64,000 nt of DNA from Thermodesulfobacteriota bacterium (lineage in GTDB: Bacteria > Desulfobacterota > Desulfobacteria > Desulfobacterales > SURF-7). The notes below the pieces were generated by a model. That model saw only the letters and a program-made list of their open reading frames with translations. It was not told the origin of the DNA and made no database searches. The position numbers were made by a program, and so were the translations under genes. Position 1 is the first letter of the stretch; every line of letters begins with the position of its first letter. Positions 1 to 9,350 of the stretch are shown piece after piece. Where the stretch lies: positions 1 to 64,000 of the forward strand of contig JBMORA010000013.1 in the NCBI GenBank assembly GCA_049320885.1, given 5' to 3'.

Positions 1-46
1 GATACCGGGCCGACGGTCGCATCGGCGTTGTCAACCGCGGAGGACA

Positions 47-2170
47 TCACCCGATCACGCAGAGAACGGCGTTCTTGACCACCGAATCGCCGCTTTTATA
101 ATGAATGGACTTGACGACGCCTTTGACCGGCGATACCAGGGCGTTTTCCATTTTCATGGCTTCCAGAATCACAACGGTCTCCCCCTCGTTGACGGAGTCG
201 CCGACTTGTTTTTCGAAATTGATGATCATGCCGGGCATGGGGGCCTTGATGGGTGTTCCGGCGCTATCCGCGGCCTCGGCGGCCTTGGGTTTGGATGCGA
301 CGACCGGTTTCGGTTCCGGCGTTGGCGCCGGTGCCGGCTTCGCCGCCGGAGCGGCTGGAGCAACGATCGCGGCAGGCGCTACGCGCGCCACGGGCGCCGC
401 GGGCGGCGGCGGAACGATGGTGCCGGCCGGAGCAGCCGGCTGGAGGGGTTTATACACCGGTGCCGGTGCCTGAACCGGAGCTGGAGCTGGAGCTGGAGCC
501 TGCTGAACATAACTGACGATGGGTGCGCCGCCCACCTGTTCCACGCCCACTTCAAAAAATTCATCGTCCACGAAAACATGGAACGTGCGCAGGTTTTGCC
601 CCTTGGCCGGAACTTCTTTTCGGGACGATTCGTCCTTGAGTTTCCCGGCGCGTACCTTGGCGACAAGCTCCTGCTCCGCCAGGGCTTCTTCCAGGGTCTT
701 GGCCCGGACTTCCTCAGGGGGTTGTTCCTTGCCGTATTTCCAACTCAGGAATTTTCTCCCGGTGACCGGATACAGGGCATACAGAATCACGTCATCCAGG
801 TCGGCCGCGAGACCGCCTATTTCTGCCTTGGCCTTTTCGAGTTCCGGCTCCAGCACTTCCGCGGGCCGGCAGGTGATGGGTTTTTCTCCCCGCGGATATC
901 CTTTCAGGGCTTTTTCCTGAACTTCCTTGGCAATGGGCACGGCGGTCTTGCCATACAGGCCGTAGCAGAGATCCTTGACCTGGGCGGTGATCATCTTATA
1001 CCGCTCGTTTTCGTCATCGAACAGCACGTTGTTGACCGTCTGGATGCCGACGATCTGGCTGGTGGGCGTCACCAGCGGAATCTGCCCCAGTTCTTTGCGC
1101 ACCCGGGGCAATTCCTTATACACAGCGTCGATCTTGTCCAGGGCGTCCATTTCCTTCAGCTGATTGATCAGATTGGACAGCATTCCTCCAGGCGTCTGGT
1201 GCAGCAGCACGTTGATATCGATGATCGACATCTGATTGTCGGCCAGCAGATGCCGGTATTTCGGCATCACTTCCTTCTCCAGCCGGGTGTTGATCCTTGC
1301 CAGCAGGTTGATGTCGAACCCGGTGTCGCGGCTGGTTCCCAGGAGGGCCATGACCAGCGGTTCAAGTGCCGGATGGGCGGTCCGGTAGGCATAGGGGGAC
1401 ATACAGGTGTCGATGATGTCGACCCCCGCCTCCACGGCTTTCAGGTGGGTCATGGAGGCCAGTCCGGAGGTGAAATGGCTATGCAGATGTACCGGCGGCT
1501 TGACCACCGCCTTGATGGCCTTGATGATGGCATAAGCGTCATACGGCGCGATCAGACCGGCCATGTCTTTGATGCAAATGCTGTCCGCGCCCATGGCTTC
1601 CAGGGCCTTGGCCTTGGCGACATAATAGTCCAGGTTATACACCTCACCCCCCAGACGCGGTTCCGTCAGACTGTAACAAATGCATCCCTGGAAATGCTTG
1701 CCGCAGGACTTGATCACCGGGACAACGGTTTCAAAATTCCGATAGTCGTTCAGGGCATCGAAGGTCCGGAAAATATCCATGCCGTTATCGGCGGCGCGCT
1801 GGACAAAAGCCCGGGCGAGATCGTCGGCGTAGTTGCGGTAACCCACCAGATTCTGTCCACGCAGCAACATGGAAAAAGGGGTTTTCTTGAAATAGCGTTT
1901 GAGCGTGCGGATTCTTTCCCATGGATCCTCATTCAAAAAACGATGCATGGTGTCAAAGGTGGCTCCGCCCCAGGTTTCCGTGGCCCAAAAGCCGACCTCA
2001 TCCATCATTTCCGCCACCGGAATCATGTCCTCCGTTCGTCCACGCGTGGCAAACAGGGACTGATGGCCGTCGCGCAGGCTCACATCCATGATTTTGAGCG
2101 GATTGGCGGCCTTTTTCCGGTTTTTCGTGTACTCCATGGTGGTCATCTTCACTTGGTTATGCTCGCTCAT
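47..2170 (-). CDS. Pyruvate carboxylase subunit B / transcarboxylase 5S-type carboxyltransferase fused to a C-terminal biotinyl domain
   Basis: 707 aa; LRDGHQSL, WGGATFD, IKDMAG and HLHSH motifs of the PycB/OadA/5S family; Pro/Ala-rich linker; C-terminal EAMKM biotinylation motif; GGAG RBS upstream. Confidence 0.9.
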   Translation of the reverse strand: MSEHNQVKMTTMEYTKNRKKAANPLKIMDVSLRDGHQSLFATRGRTEDMIPVAEMMDEVGFWATETWGGATFDTMHRFLNEDPWERIRTLKRYFKKTPFSMLLRGQNLVGYRNYADDLARAFVQRAADNGMDIFRTFDALNDYRNFETVVPVIKSCGKHFQGCICYSLTEPRLGGEVYNLDYYVAKAKALEAMGADSICIKDMAGLIAPYDAYAIIKAIKAVVKPPVHLHSHFTSGLASMTHLKAVEAGVDIIDTCMSPYAYRTAHPALEPLVMALLGTSRDTGFDINLLARINTRLEKEVMPKYRHLLADNQMSIIDINVLLHQTPGGMLSNLINQLKEMDALDKIDAVYKELPRVRKELGQIPLVTPTSQIVGIQTVNNVLFDDENERYKMITAQVKDLCYGLYGKTAVPIAKEVQEKALKGYPRGEKPITCRPAEVLEPELEKAKAEIGGLAADLDDVILYALYPVTGRKFLSWKYGKEQPPEEVRAKTLEEALAEQELVAKVRAGKLKDESSRKEVPAKGQNLRTFHVFVDDEFFEVGVEQVGGAPIVSYVQQAPAPAPAPVQAPAPVYKPLQPAAPAGTIVPPPPAAPVARVAPAAIVAPAAPAAKPAPAPTPEPKPVVASKPKAAEAADSAGTPIKAPMPGMIINFEKQVGDSVNEGETVVILEAMKMENALVSPVKGVVKSIHYKSGDSVVKNAVLCVIG
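477..499. repeat. GGAGCT hexamer tandem repeat (about 4 copies) encoding part of the Ala-Pro linker
   Basis: ggagctggagctggagctggagc read directly; in-frame repeat unit. Confidence 0.8.
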
Positions 2171-2198
2171 TGTTATCTCCCCTGATCCATTATGATAT

Positions 2199-2420
2199 TT
2201 ATCGCAATCTGGCTCCGTGCAGCGCCCTGGTCTGCATCAGCGCGCGCATCTGCATCTGGGCCTGTCGTCCGCTGATACCCCACAGATTCATCGCGGTGAC
2301 GGATACGGCCTCTTTCGGAGCTTTCGCATCAGCAGCCGGCGGCGCTTCCACCGCCGGGACTTCCGTACCGAGAAAGGCCATTACCGCGGTGATGGCGGCC
2401 GCTTGTTTTTTGTTTTTCAT
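2199..2420 (-). CDS. Small (73 aa) accessory subunit of biotin-dependent carboxyltransferase (epsilon/OadG-C-terminal-like)
   Basis: ATG at 2420 with GGAG RBS; AAAITAVMAF...LWGISGR pattern resembles the small accessory subunits of acyl-CoA carboxylases/decarboxylases; lies between the two carboxyltransferase genes. Confidence 0.65.
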   Translation of the reverse strand: MKNKKQAAAITAVMAFLGTEVPAVEAPPAADAKAPKEAVSVTAMNLWGISGRQAQMQMRALMQTRALHGARLR

Positions 2421-2505
2421 TGTTGCTCCCACAAAGCGTTCGGGTTGTATCGTTGTCTCACCGTTTGATTCCCCTATTGTTTTCCGTGCATTCGAAAAAC
2501 GGATG

Positions 2506-4059
2506 CTACACCGGAATATTCCCATGTTTCTTGGCCGGACCGCTTTCCCGCTTCGTACACATGATTTCAAGGGCGTCAATCAACCGGACCCTGGTTTCCC
2601 CCGGCCTGATGACCGCATCCACGTATCCCCGGCTGGCTGCGCAATACGGATTGGAAAACAAGGCTTCGTATTCCAGGATCTTCTCCTTGCGCTTGGCCTT
2701 GGGGTCGGCGGCATCCTGGATTTCCTTTTTATGGATGATGTTGGCGGCGCCTTCGGCGCCCATGACGGCGATTTCGGCCGTGGGCCAGGCAAAGGCCATG
2801 TCCGCTCCCAAATCCTTGGAACACATGGCCAGATACGATCCACCGTAATCCTTGCGCGTAACCAGCAGCAATTTGGGTACGGTGGCCTCCGAATAACACC
2901 AGAGCAGCTTGGCGCCGTGACGGATGATGCCGCCCCACTCCTGATGACTGCCGGGGAGGTAACCGGGCACGTCGGCGATGGTCAGCAGCGGGATATTGAA
3001 GGCGTCGCAGAACCGGATGAAGCGCGTGGCCTTGTCCGAGGCGTTGATATCGAGGCAACCGGCCATCTGGCTGGGCTGATTGGCGATGATCCCCACAGTC
3101 CTTCCGTTCAGGCGGGCAAAACAGATAATGATGTTCGGAGCGAAATAGGCATGGGGTTCGAAAGTTTCCCCGCTGTCCACGATGAGCCGGATGACCTCCT
3201 TCATGTTATAGGAATGGTTGGGATTGTCCGGGATGATGGTATCCAGTTCGGGTATGATGCGCCCGGGATCGTCACCGGTCTCGATGCGCGGCGGGTCCTC
3301 CATGTTGTTGGCCGGCAGATAGGACAATAGTCGCTTGACCTGCACGATGGTATCCCTGTCGTCCTCGCAGGCGAAATGCGCCACCCCGCTCTTTTCGTTG
3401 TGGGTCATGGCGCCGCCCAGCTCTTCAAACGAGATTTCCTCGCCGGTGACGGCCTTGATGACCTGGGGGCCGGTGATGAACATGTAGCTGCTGTTCTTGA
3501 CCATGAAAATCCAATCCGTCATGGCCGGGGAATATACCGCGCCGCCTGCCGTGGTCCCCATGATGGCGGATATCTGGGGAATGACCCCCGAGGACCGGGC
3601 GTTGCGGAAGAAAATCTGTCCATAGCCGGACAAGGCATCCACCCCTTCCTGGATCCGGGCGCCGCCGGAATCGTTCATGCCCACCACGGGCACTCCCGCC
3701 TTGAGGGCCAGATCCATCACCTTGCAGATTTTTTTGGCGTGCATTTCCCCCAGGCTGCCGGCTCTGGCGGTAAAATCCTGGGAGTAGGCGAATACCGGAC
3801 GGCCGTCCACCAGGCCGTGTCCGGTGATGACGCCGTCCGCGGGAATCTCCACCCGCTGCATGTCGAAATTGACGCACCGATGGGTCACAAACATGTCGAT
3901 TTCGCGAAAAGAACCTGCATCGAAAAGCAGCTCCAGCCGCTCCCGGGCGTTGAGTTTGCCTTTTTCCCGCTGCTGGGCCACCGCTTTGGTACCGCCCATC
4001 TGAAGAACCTTCTTTTCTTTTTCTTCCAGTTCCTTGATTTTATCAGTAACCTTACCCAT
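2506..4059 (-). CDS. Acyl-CoA carboxyltransferase beta subunit (propionyl-CoA carboxylase beta / methylmalonyl-CoA transcarboxylase 12S)
   Basis: 517 aa; DSGGARIQEG, GGAVYSPA, DVPGYLPG and C-terminal KKHGNIP motifs. Confidence 0.93.
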   Translation of the reverse strand: MGKVTDKIKELEEKEKKVLQMGGTKAVAQQREKGKLNARERLELLFDAGSFREIDMFVTHRCVNFDMQRVEIPADGVITGHGLVDGRPVFAYSQDFTARAGSLGEMHAKKICKVMDLALKAGVPVVGMNDSGGARIQEGVDALSGYGQIFFRNARSSGVIPQISAIMGTTAGGAVYSPAMTDWIFMVKNSSYMFITGPQVIKAVTGEEISFEELGGAMTHNEKSGVAHFACEDDRDTIVQVKRLLSYLPANNMEDPPRIETGDDPGRIIPELDTIIPDNPNHSYNMKEVIRLIVDSGETFEPHAYFAPNIIICFARLNGRTVGIIANQPSQMAGCLDINASDKATRFIRFCDAFNIPLLTIADVPGYLPGSHQEWGGIIRHGAKLLWCYSEATVPKLLLVTRKDYGGSYLAMCSKDLGADMAFAWPTAEIAVMGAEGAANIIHKKEIQDAADPKAKRKEKILEYEALFSNPYCAASRGYVDAVIRPGETRVRLIDALEIMCTKRESGPAKKHGNIPV

Positions 4060-4160
4060 TCTTTGATCCTTTTCTCTTGGTGGTCCGTAATGTCTCGCGC
4101 TTCATCCGAATGGATCGTCAAGCCCCCGGCGTTTCGCCCGGACATAAATGGATTAAACTT

Positions 4161-5153
4161 CTATATTGACTCCGGATTGTCAAGTAAAAATAGCAACCTG
4201 CCGGCTGCGGCCGTGGGTGCGGTTTCCCCTTTTTCCACTGCCTGCAGAATGGCGGAGAGCCGGCTGCGAACCCGGGGATGGCGTTGAAACCGTTCCCGCA
4301 ACCCCTCCTCCACCAGGGCCCACATCCAGGCGACGGCCTGGCGCCTTCTCCGGACCGTCAATTCTCCCGCCGCCGTCATCCGGCGGTTGTGCTCACAGAC
4401 CGTTTGCCAGACTTCGGGTATCCCTGTCCGATCCAGCGAGCTGCAGGCCAGAACCGGCGGCTTCCACAGATTCGAAACCGGACGCAGCAGGTGCAGGGCG
4501 TTCTCGTATTCCTTGCGGGCCCGCCGGGCCTTGTCAAGATTGTCCCCGTCCGCCTTGTTGATGACCACCGCATCCGCCAGCTCCATGATGCCCTTTTTGA
4601 TGCCCTGCAATTCATCGCCGGCGCCGGCCAGCATCAATACCAGAAAGAAATCCACCATGGAGGCGACCAGGGTTTCGGATTGACCGACACCGACGGTTTC
4701 CACGATGACGACATCGTACCCGGCGGCCTCGCAAACCAGCATGGTCTCCCTGGTTTTCCGGGCCACTCCGCCAAGGGCGCCACCGGACGGGGACGGCCGG
4801 ATATAGGCGTTTTGTTCCCTTGCCAGGGCCTCCATGCGGGTTTTATCGGCCAGGATGCTGCCGCCGCTGCGGCTGCTGCTGGGATCCACCGCCAGAATCG
4901 CCAGCCGTTTTCCTTCCCGGACCAAAAACATGCCCAGGCTTTCAATGAACGTGCTTTTTCCAACCCCCGGAACCCCGGTGATTCCCAGCCGAACCGCCCG
5001 CCCGGTTAGGGGAAGCAGCAGGTCCATGATTTTCTGGGACAGCTCCTGATGCGCCGGCAGCGAGCTTTCCACCACGGTGATGGTTTTTGCCAGAATCCGG
5101 CGGTCACGGGCCATGACCCCGGTTGCATAATAATCGGCGTCATGAGAGGTCAC
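4161..5153 (-). CDS. meaB: Methylmalonyl-CoA mutase-associated GTPase MeaB/ArgK
   Basis: [13 protein letters not shown]-loop, [32 protein letters not shown] start overlaps the mutase stop codon. Confidence 0.95.
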   Translation of the reverse strand: MTSHDADYYATGVMARDRRILAKTITVVESSLPAHQELSQKIMDLLLPLTGRAVRLGITGVPGVGKSTFIESLGMFLVREGKRLAILAVDPSSSRSGGSILADKTRMEALAREQNAYIRPSPSGGALGGVARKTRETMLVCEAAGYDVVIVETVGVGQSETLVASMVDFFLVLMLAGAGDELQGIKKGIMELADAVVINKADGDNLDKARRARKEYENALHLLRPVSNLWKPPVLACSSLDRTGIPEVWQTVCEHNRRMTAAGELTVRRRRQAVAWMWALVEEGLRERFQRHPRVRSRLSAILQAVEKGETAPTAAAGRLLFLLDNPESI

Positions 5154-7279
5154 AAGCGCTCTTCCAATATCGCCAGCACCTGACCGGCGGATTGAATGAT
5201 GGAAGTCCCGGGGCCGAATATGCCGACAACCCCGGCGTCATGGAGAAACCGGTAATCCTTGGGCGGAATGACGCCCCCCGCCACCACCAGAATGTCCTGC
5301 CCGCCCTCGGCTTTCAGGGCCTTGATCAACTCCGGTATCAGGGTCTTATGGCCTGCGGCCAGACTGGATACGCCGACGATGTGCACATCGTTTTCCACGG
5401 CCATGCGCGCCGCCTCCTCCGGGGTCTGGAACATGGGGCTGATATCCACGTCGAAACCGATATCGGCGTAAGCCGTGGCCACGACCTTGATGCCCCGGTC
5501 ATGACCGTCCTGTCCCATTTTGGTCACCAGTATCCGGGGTCTGCGGCCATGTTTTTCCTGGAAGGCCCGGGTGCGGCCGCGGATGGATCGGATTTGCTCA
5601 TCCTCGCCGTATTCGGCGGCATAGACGCCTGATATGCATTGGGTGGCGGCCGTATACCGACCGAACACTTTTTCCATGGCATCGGAGATTTCACCCACGG
5701 TGGCCCGCAAGCGAACCGCCGTTAGAGCGGCTTCCAGCAGATTGCCGGTTCCGGCCGCGGCCCGGGTGATATCCTCCAGGGCCTTTTCCACGGCTTTGCC
5801 GTCCCGCCGGGCGCGGATTTCTTTCAGCCGGGCGATCTGTTCGTCCCTCACCGATGCCGGCACCTCCCGGATTTCAAAATCGATTTCCTCTTCAACCCGG
5901 TATTTATTGACGCCCACGATGGTTTCCCGGCCCTGGTCGATCCTGGCCTGCTTGCGGGCCGCCGATTCCTCGATGCGCATTTTCGGCATGCCGGTTTCGA
6001 TGGCCTTGGCCATGCCCCCCATGGCTTCGACTTCATCGATGATCTTGCGGGCTTCGCGGATGATGCCCGCCGTGAGACTTTCGACATAATAGGAACCGGC
6101 CAGGGGATCCACCGTCCGGCAGATCTGGGATTCCTCCTGGACGATGATCTGGGTGTTGCGGGCGATGCGGGCGGAAAAATCCGTGGGCAGGCCCACCGCC
6201 TCGTCGAAGGAGTTGGTGTGCAACGACTGGGTCCCGCCCAGAGCCGCCGCCAGACATTCCAGGGTGGTGCGGATGATGTTGTTGTAAGGATCCTGTTCCG
6301 TAAGACTCCAGCCGGAGGTCTGCACATGGGTGCGCAGCATGCTGGAACGGGGATTCTTGGGGTTGAAGGGTTTCAAAAGCTCGTGCCACAGGAAACGGGC
6401 CGCGCGCAGCATCGCGATTTCCATAAAAAAATTCATGCCCACGCCGAAAAAGAAGGAAAGCCGGGGCGCGAAGGCGTCGATATCCATCCCCGCCTTCAGG
6501 GCGGCCCGCACATATTCGATGCCGTCGGCCAGGGTGAAGGCCGTTTGCAGCACCGAGTCGGCGCCGGCTTCCATCATATGATAGCCGCTGATGCTGATGG
6601 TGTTGTACTTGGGCATGTGTTTGGAGCAAAAGGCCATGATGTCCGAAACGATACGCATGGACGGCTCGGGCGGATAGATATAGGTATTGCGCGTGAGGTA
6701 TTCCTTGAGAATGTCGTTCTGGATGGTGCCGTTCAGCTGCTCATGCCGGACCCCCTGTTCTTCCGCCGCCACGATATACCCGGCCAGGATGGGGATGACC
6801 GCGCCGTTCATGGTCATGGAAACGGACATCTGGTCCAGGGGGATTTGATCGAAGAGGATTTTCATGTCCTCCACCGAGTCAATGGCCACGCCGGCCTTGC
6901 CGATGTCCCCGGCCACCCGGGGGTGATCCGAATCATAGCCGCGATGGGTGGCAAGATCGAAGGCCACGGACAGGCCTTTCTGACCGGCCGCCAGGTTGCG
7001 CCGGTAAAACGCATTGGATTCCTTGGCGGTGGAAAATCCGGCATATTGACGGATGGTCCAGGGCCGGCCCACGTACATGGTGGCCATGGGACCCCGTATA
7101 TACGGCGGAAATCCGGGGAGGGAGTTCAGTCCTTCCATCCCTTCCAGATCCTCGGCGGTATACAGCGGTTTGACCGGTATGCCCTCGGGTGTCATCCAAT
7201 TGAGTGAATCCAGCGGCGCGCCGCCCAATTGTTTTGCCGCAAGTTCTTCCCATTTTTTTCGACCAGGATGTTCCGACAT
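5150..7279 (-). CDS. scpA: Methylmalonyl-CoA mutase (B12-dependent, single-chain type)
   Basis: 709 aa; RQYAGF (Tyr is typical of MCM rather than isobutyryl-CoA mutase), [13 protein letters not shown]-terminal DGHDRG cobalamin-binding motif. Confidence 0.96.
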   Translation of the reverse strand: MSEHPGRKKWEELAAKQLGGAPLDSLNWMTPEGIPVKPLYTAEDLEGMEGLNSLPGFPPYIRGPMATMYVGRPWTIRQYAGFSTAKESNAFYRRNLAAGQKGLSVAFDLATHRGYDSDHPRVAGDIGKAGVAIDSVEDMKILFDQIPLDQMSVSMTMNGAVIPILAGYIVAAEEQGVRHEQLNGTIQNDILKEYLTRNTYIYPPEPSMRIVSDIMAFCSKHMPKYNTISISGYHMMEAGADSVLQTAFTLADGIEYVRAALKAGMDIDAFAPRLSFFFGVGMNFFMEIAMLRAARFLWHELLKPFNPKNPRSSMLRTHVQTSGWSLTEQDPYNNIIRTTLECLAAALGGTQSLHTNSFDEAVGLPTDFSARIARNTQIIVQEESQICRTVDPLAGSYYVESLTAGIIREARKIIDEVEAMGGMAKAIETGMPKMRIEESAARKQARIDQGRETIVGVNKYRVEEEIDFEIREVPASVRDEQIARLKEIRARRDGKAVEKALEDITRAAAGTGNLLEAALTAVRLRATVGEISDAMEKVFGRYTAATQCISGVYAAEYGEDEQIRSIRGRTRAFQEKHGRRPRILVTKMGQDGHDRGIKVVATAYADIGFDVDISPMFQTPEEAARMAVENDVHIVGVSSLAAGHKTLIPELIKALKAEGGQDILVVAGGVIPPKDYRFLHDAGVVGIFGPGTSIIQSAGQVLAILEERL

Positions 7280-7282
7280 CGC

Positions 7283-7903
7283 CTACTCCTTTTCTGATTT
7301 GCTTTTACATTCCGGATTGGAAATCGCCCGCCAGACCATTTCGAACATGATGTCGGCCTGGGCGGACAGGGGTTGCCGGCAACCCCGGGAAATCCACATG
7401 AAGAACGACCGCTGCACCAGCCCCAGCATGAAATCCAACAGGACGCCTGCCCGCACCTTCGAGTTGAGGATCCCTTCCTGCTGGCCCTTGCGCAGCACCT
7501 CCAGATATAGATTGACCATTTTCTTCTGTTGAAAGGTCTGGTCCGCCATCCAGGTCTTCATGGGCAGGGTCATGAAAAGGATTCTGCCGAGGCCCGGATT
7601 GCGTTCATAGTAATCCAGCTGAACCCACAGCACCTTGCGCATTTTTTCCTTCAGATCGTGGATACCCTTGAGATGGTCCACCATCCGCTCGGTCAGTTCC
7701 CCCAGCCAGATATCGACAAAGGAAAACAGGAGACGCTCCTTGCTGCCGTAATAATGGTAAATGGTGCTGAAGCTGACGCCGGCTTTTTTGGCCACGTCGC
7801 GGATATTGGCCTGGTGAAAGTCGGAATGGGAAAAAATCTCCATGACAGCGGCGCCCAAGCGATCCTGAATTTCGGGCTTTAAGGCCTGTAACATTGTTAC
7901 CAT
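7283..7903 (-). CDS. TetR/AcrR family transcriptional regulator
   Basis: N-terminal HTH IRDVAKKAGVSFSTIYHYYGSKERL; 3 nt from the mutase start; start could be 7903 or 7894. Confidence 0.92.
   Translation of the reverse strand: MVTMLQALKPEIQDRLGAAVMEIFSHSDFHQANIRDVAKKAGVSFSTIYHYYGSKERLLFSFVDIWLGELTERMVDHLKGIHDLKEKMRKVLWVQLDYYERNPGLGRILFMTLPMKTWMADQTFQQKKMVNLYLEVLRKGQQEGILNSKVRAGVLLDFMLGLVQRSFFMWISRGCRQPLSAQADIMFEMVWRAISNPECKSKSEKE
7888..7900. promoter_or_regulatory. Palindrome GTAACA-T-TGTTAC over the tetR start region, candidate operator
   Basis: Perfect 6-1-6 inverted repeat; a 12/13-identical copy lies at 8061-8073. Confidence 0.55.
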
Positions 7904-8060
7904 GCTTTTGTCTTCTGTCCATCGGCCGCCGGTTCCGATGACAACCGGGTCGCTTCTTCAGCGGGGACTCGATATTTAACAATTTGATTTTAATATAATT
8001 CGAGGCTGCCAACAGGGCGGTGTAAAAAAAATAGAGGGACCTCCTCCTGATCAGACAGCC

Positions 8061-8095
8061 GAAACATTGTTACTGGCTTTGGGCCGAGTTGTCAA
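8061..8095 (-). promoter_or_regulatory. Candidate sigma70 promoter of the tetR-mutase operon with an overlapping operator
   Basis: TTGACA on the minus strand at 8095-8090; TAACAAT -10-like region 17-18 nt downstream, inside the second palindrome copy GAAACATTGTTAC (8061-8073). Confidence 0.5.
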
Positions 8096-8216
8096 CATGA
8101 ATCGGTTTGGAAGATTCCGGCGGCGGGTCCCCAGCGGACGGTTTTTCACCGCGCCACGAAGAAAACTGGTGTTGGCCGGTATCCGGCTGAAAACGTATAC
8201 TCCGGATGAAATCGGC

Positions 8217-9236
8217 TCAGTATTTAACGATCCCCGCGCCCCAGGTGAAACCGGAGCCGAACCCCACCAGCAGCAGGGTGTCCCCGCGTTTGATCGTGCC
8301 GTTGCCGGTGAACTCGTCCAGCAGCAGCGGGATGGTGGCGGCCGTGGTGTTGCCGTATTTATGGATGTTGTACAGCACTTTTTCCTCCGGGATACTCAGG
8401 TATTCCGCCGCCATGGCATTGATGCGCTTGTTGGCCTGGTGGGGCAGAACCCAATCCACATCCGCCACGGTCATGCCCAACCGGTTGAGACAGGACAGAC
8501 TTACTTCCACCATGCGGCGCACGGCGTTGGTGAACAGATTCTTGGGATTGGGCATTTCCGGAAACAATACCACGTTTTCGTTTTCATTCTTGGGATCATA
8601 ATACACAATCGGTTTTTTACCGATATCGAACAGGATCAGGTGGACGCCGTCCAGGGCGCCCCGGCCGTCCGAATGCACTTCCGTGGTCAGAATGACCGAA
8701 TTGTCGTCGGTGGACGGCGACACCAAAACCGAGGCGGCTCCGTCGCCGAACAGCACGGTCACCGCCCGGCCGCGGTCGTTGTATTCCAGGGCATTGGAAT
8801 GCAATTCGGCGCCGACCAGCAAGACGTTCCGGTACATGCCCGCTTCCACGAATGCCTGGGCCATCTGCAGACCGTAAATAAAACCGCTGCACTGCTGCCG
8901 GATATCATAACAGGGAATTTGACGGTCGGCCCAACCCATTTTTTCCTGAAGCAACACGCCGGAGCCGGGGAAATGAAAATCCGGACTCAGGGTGGCGTAA
9001 ATGATGGCGTCGATTTCCTCGGCCTGGACAGCTCCTTTCGCCAGCAGGTTCTCCACGGATCGTTTGGCCAAATCCGAGCAGCGGTCCCCCGGCGCGGCAT
9101 AGCGCCTTTCCCGAATGCCGGAGCGGCGCTGAATCCATTCGTCACTGGTGGTCATCAACTTGGCGAGATCGTCATTGGTCACGACCGTATCCGGAACATA
9201 CATGCCGGAAGAGCGTATATACGCGCGTCTATTCAT
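8217..9236 (-). CDS. fabH: 3-oxoacyl-ACP synthase III family (FabH-like)
   Basis: WIQRRSGIRERR, QQCSGF (catalytic Cys), LFGDGA, PHQAN, YGNT, GFGSGFTWG. Confidence 0.88.
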   Translation of the reverse strand: MNRRAYIRSSGMYVPDTVVTNDDLAKLMTTSDEWIQRRSGIRERRYAAPGDRCSDLAKRSVENLLAKGAVQAEEIDAIIYATLSPDFHFPGSGVLLQEKMGWADRQIPCYDIRQQCSGFIYGLQMAQAFVEAGMYRNVLLVGAELHSNALEYNDRGRAVTVLFGDGAASVLVSPSTDDNSVILTTEVHSDGRGALDGVHLILFDIGKKPIVYYDPKNENENVVLFPEMPNPKNLFTNAVRRMVEVSLSCLNRLGMTVADVDWVLPHQANKRINAMAAEYLSIPEEKVLYNIHKYGNTTAATIPLLLDEFTGNGTIKRGDTLLLVGFGSGFTWGAGIVKY

Positions 9237-9350
9237 TTCTGCACCTTTCTCTTATCTATAGTGACAAAATGGTTCTATTTACCAGAGACCAGGATTTTTT
9301 CAACAACCAAATCATCCGCCGAAACATCCGGAAATAAACGCAGCATTTTT

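Noticed and set aside
101..2185. 694-aa plus-strand ORF (likewise 30863-32929 and 49497-51668)
   Set aside because: Each mirrors a well-supported minus-strand gene and has non-protein-like composition.
8024..8048. aaaatagagggac as a fourth copy of the transposase repeat; AGGAGGAGG as an RBS
   Set aside because: The match is short and lacks the GCGTCCC core; no start codon follows the purine run at a usable distance.
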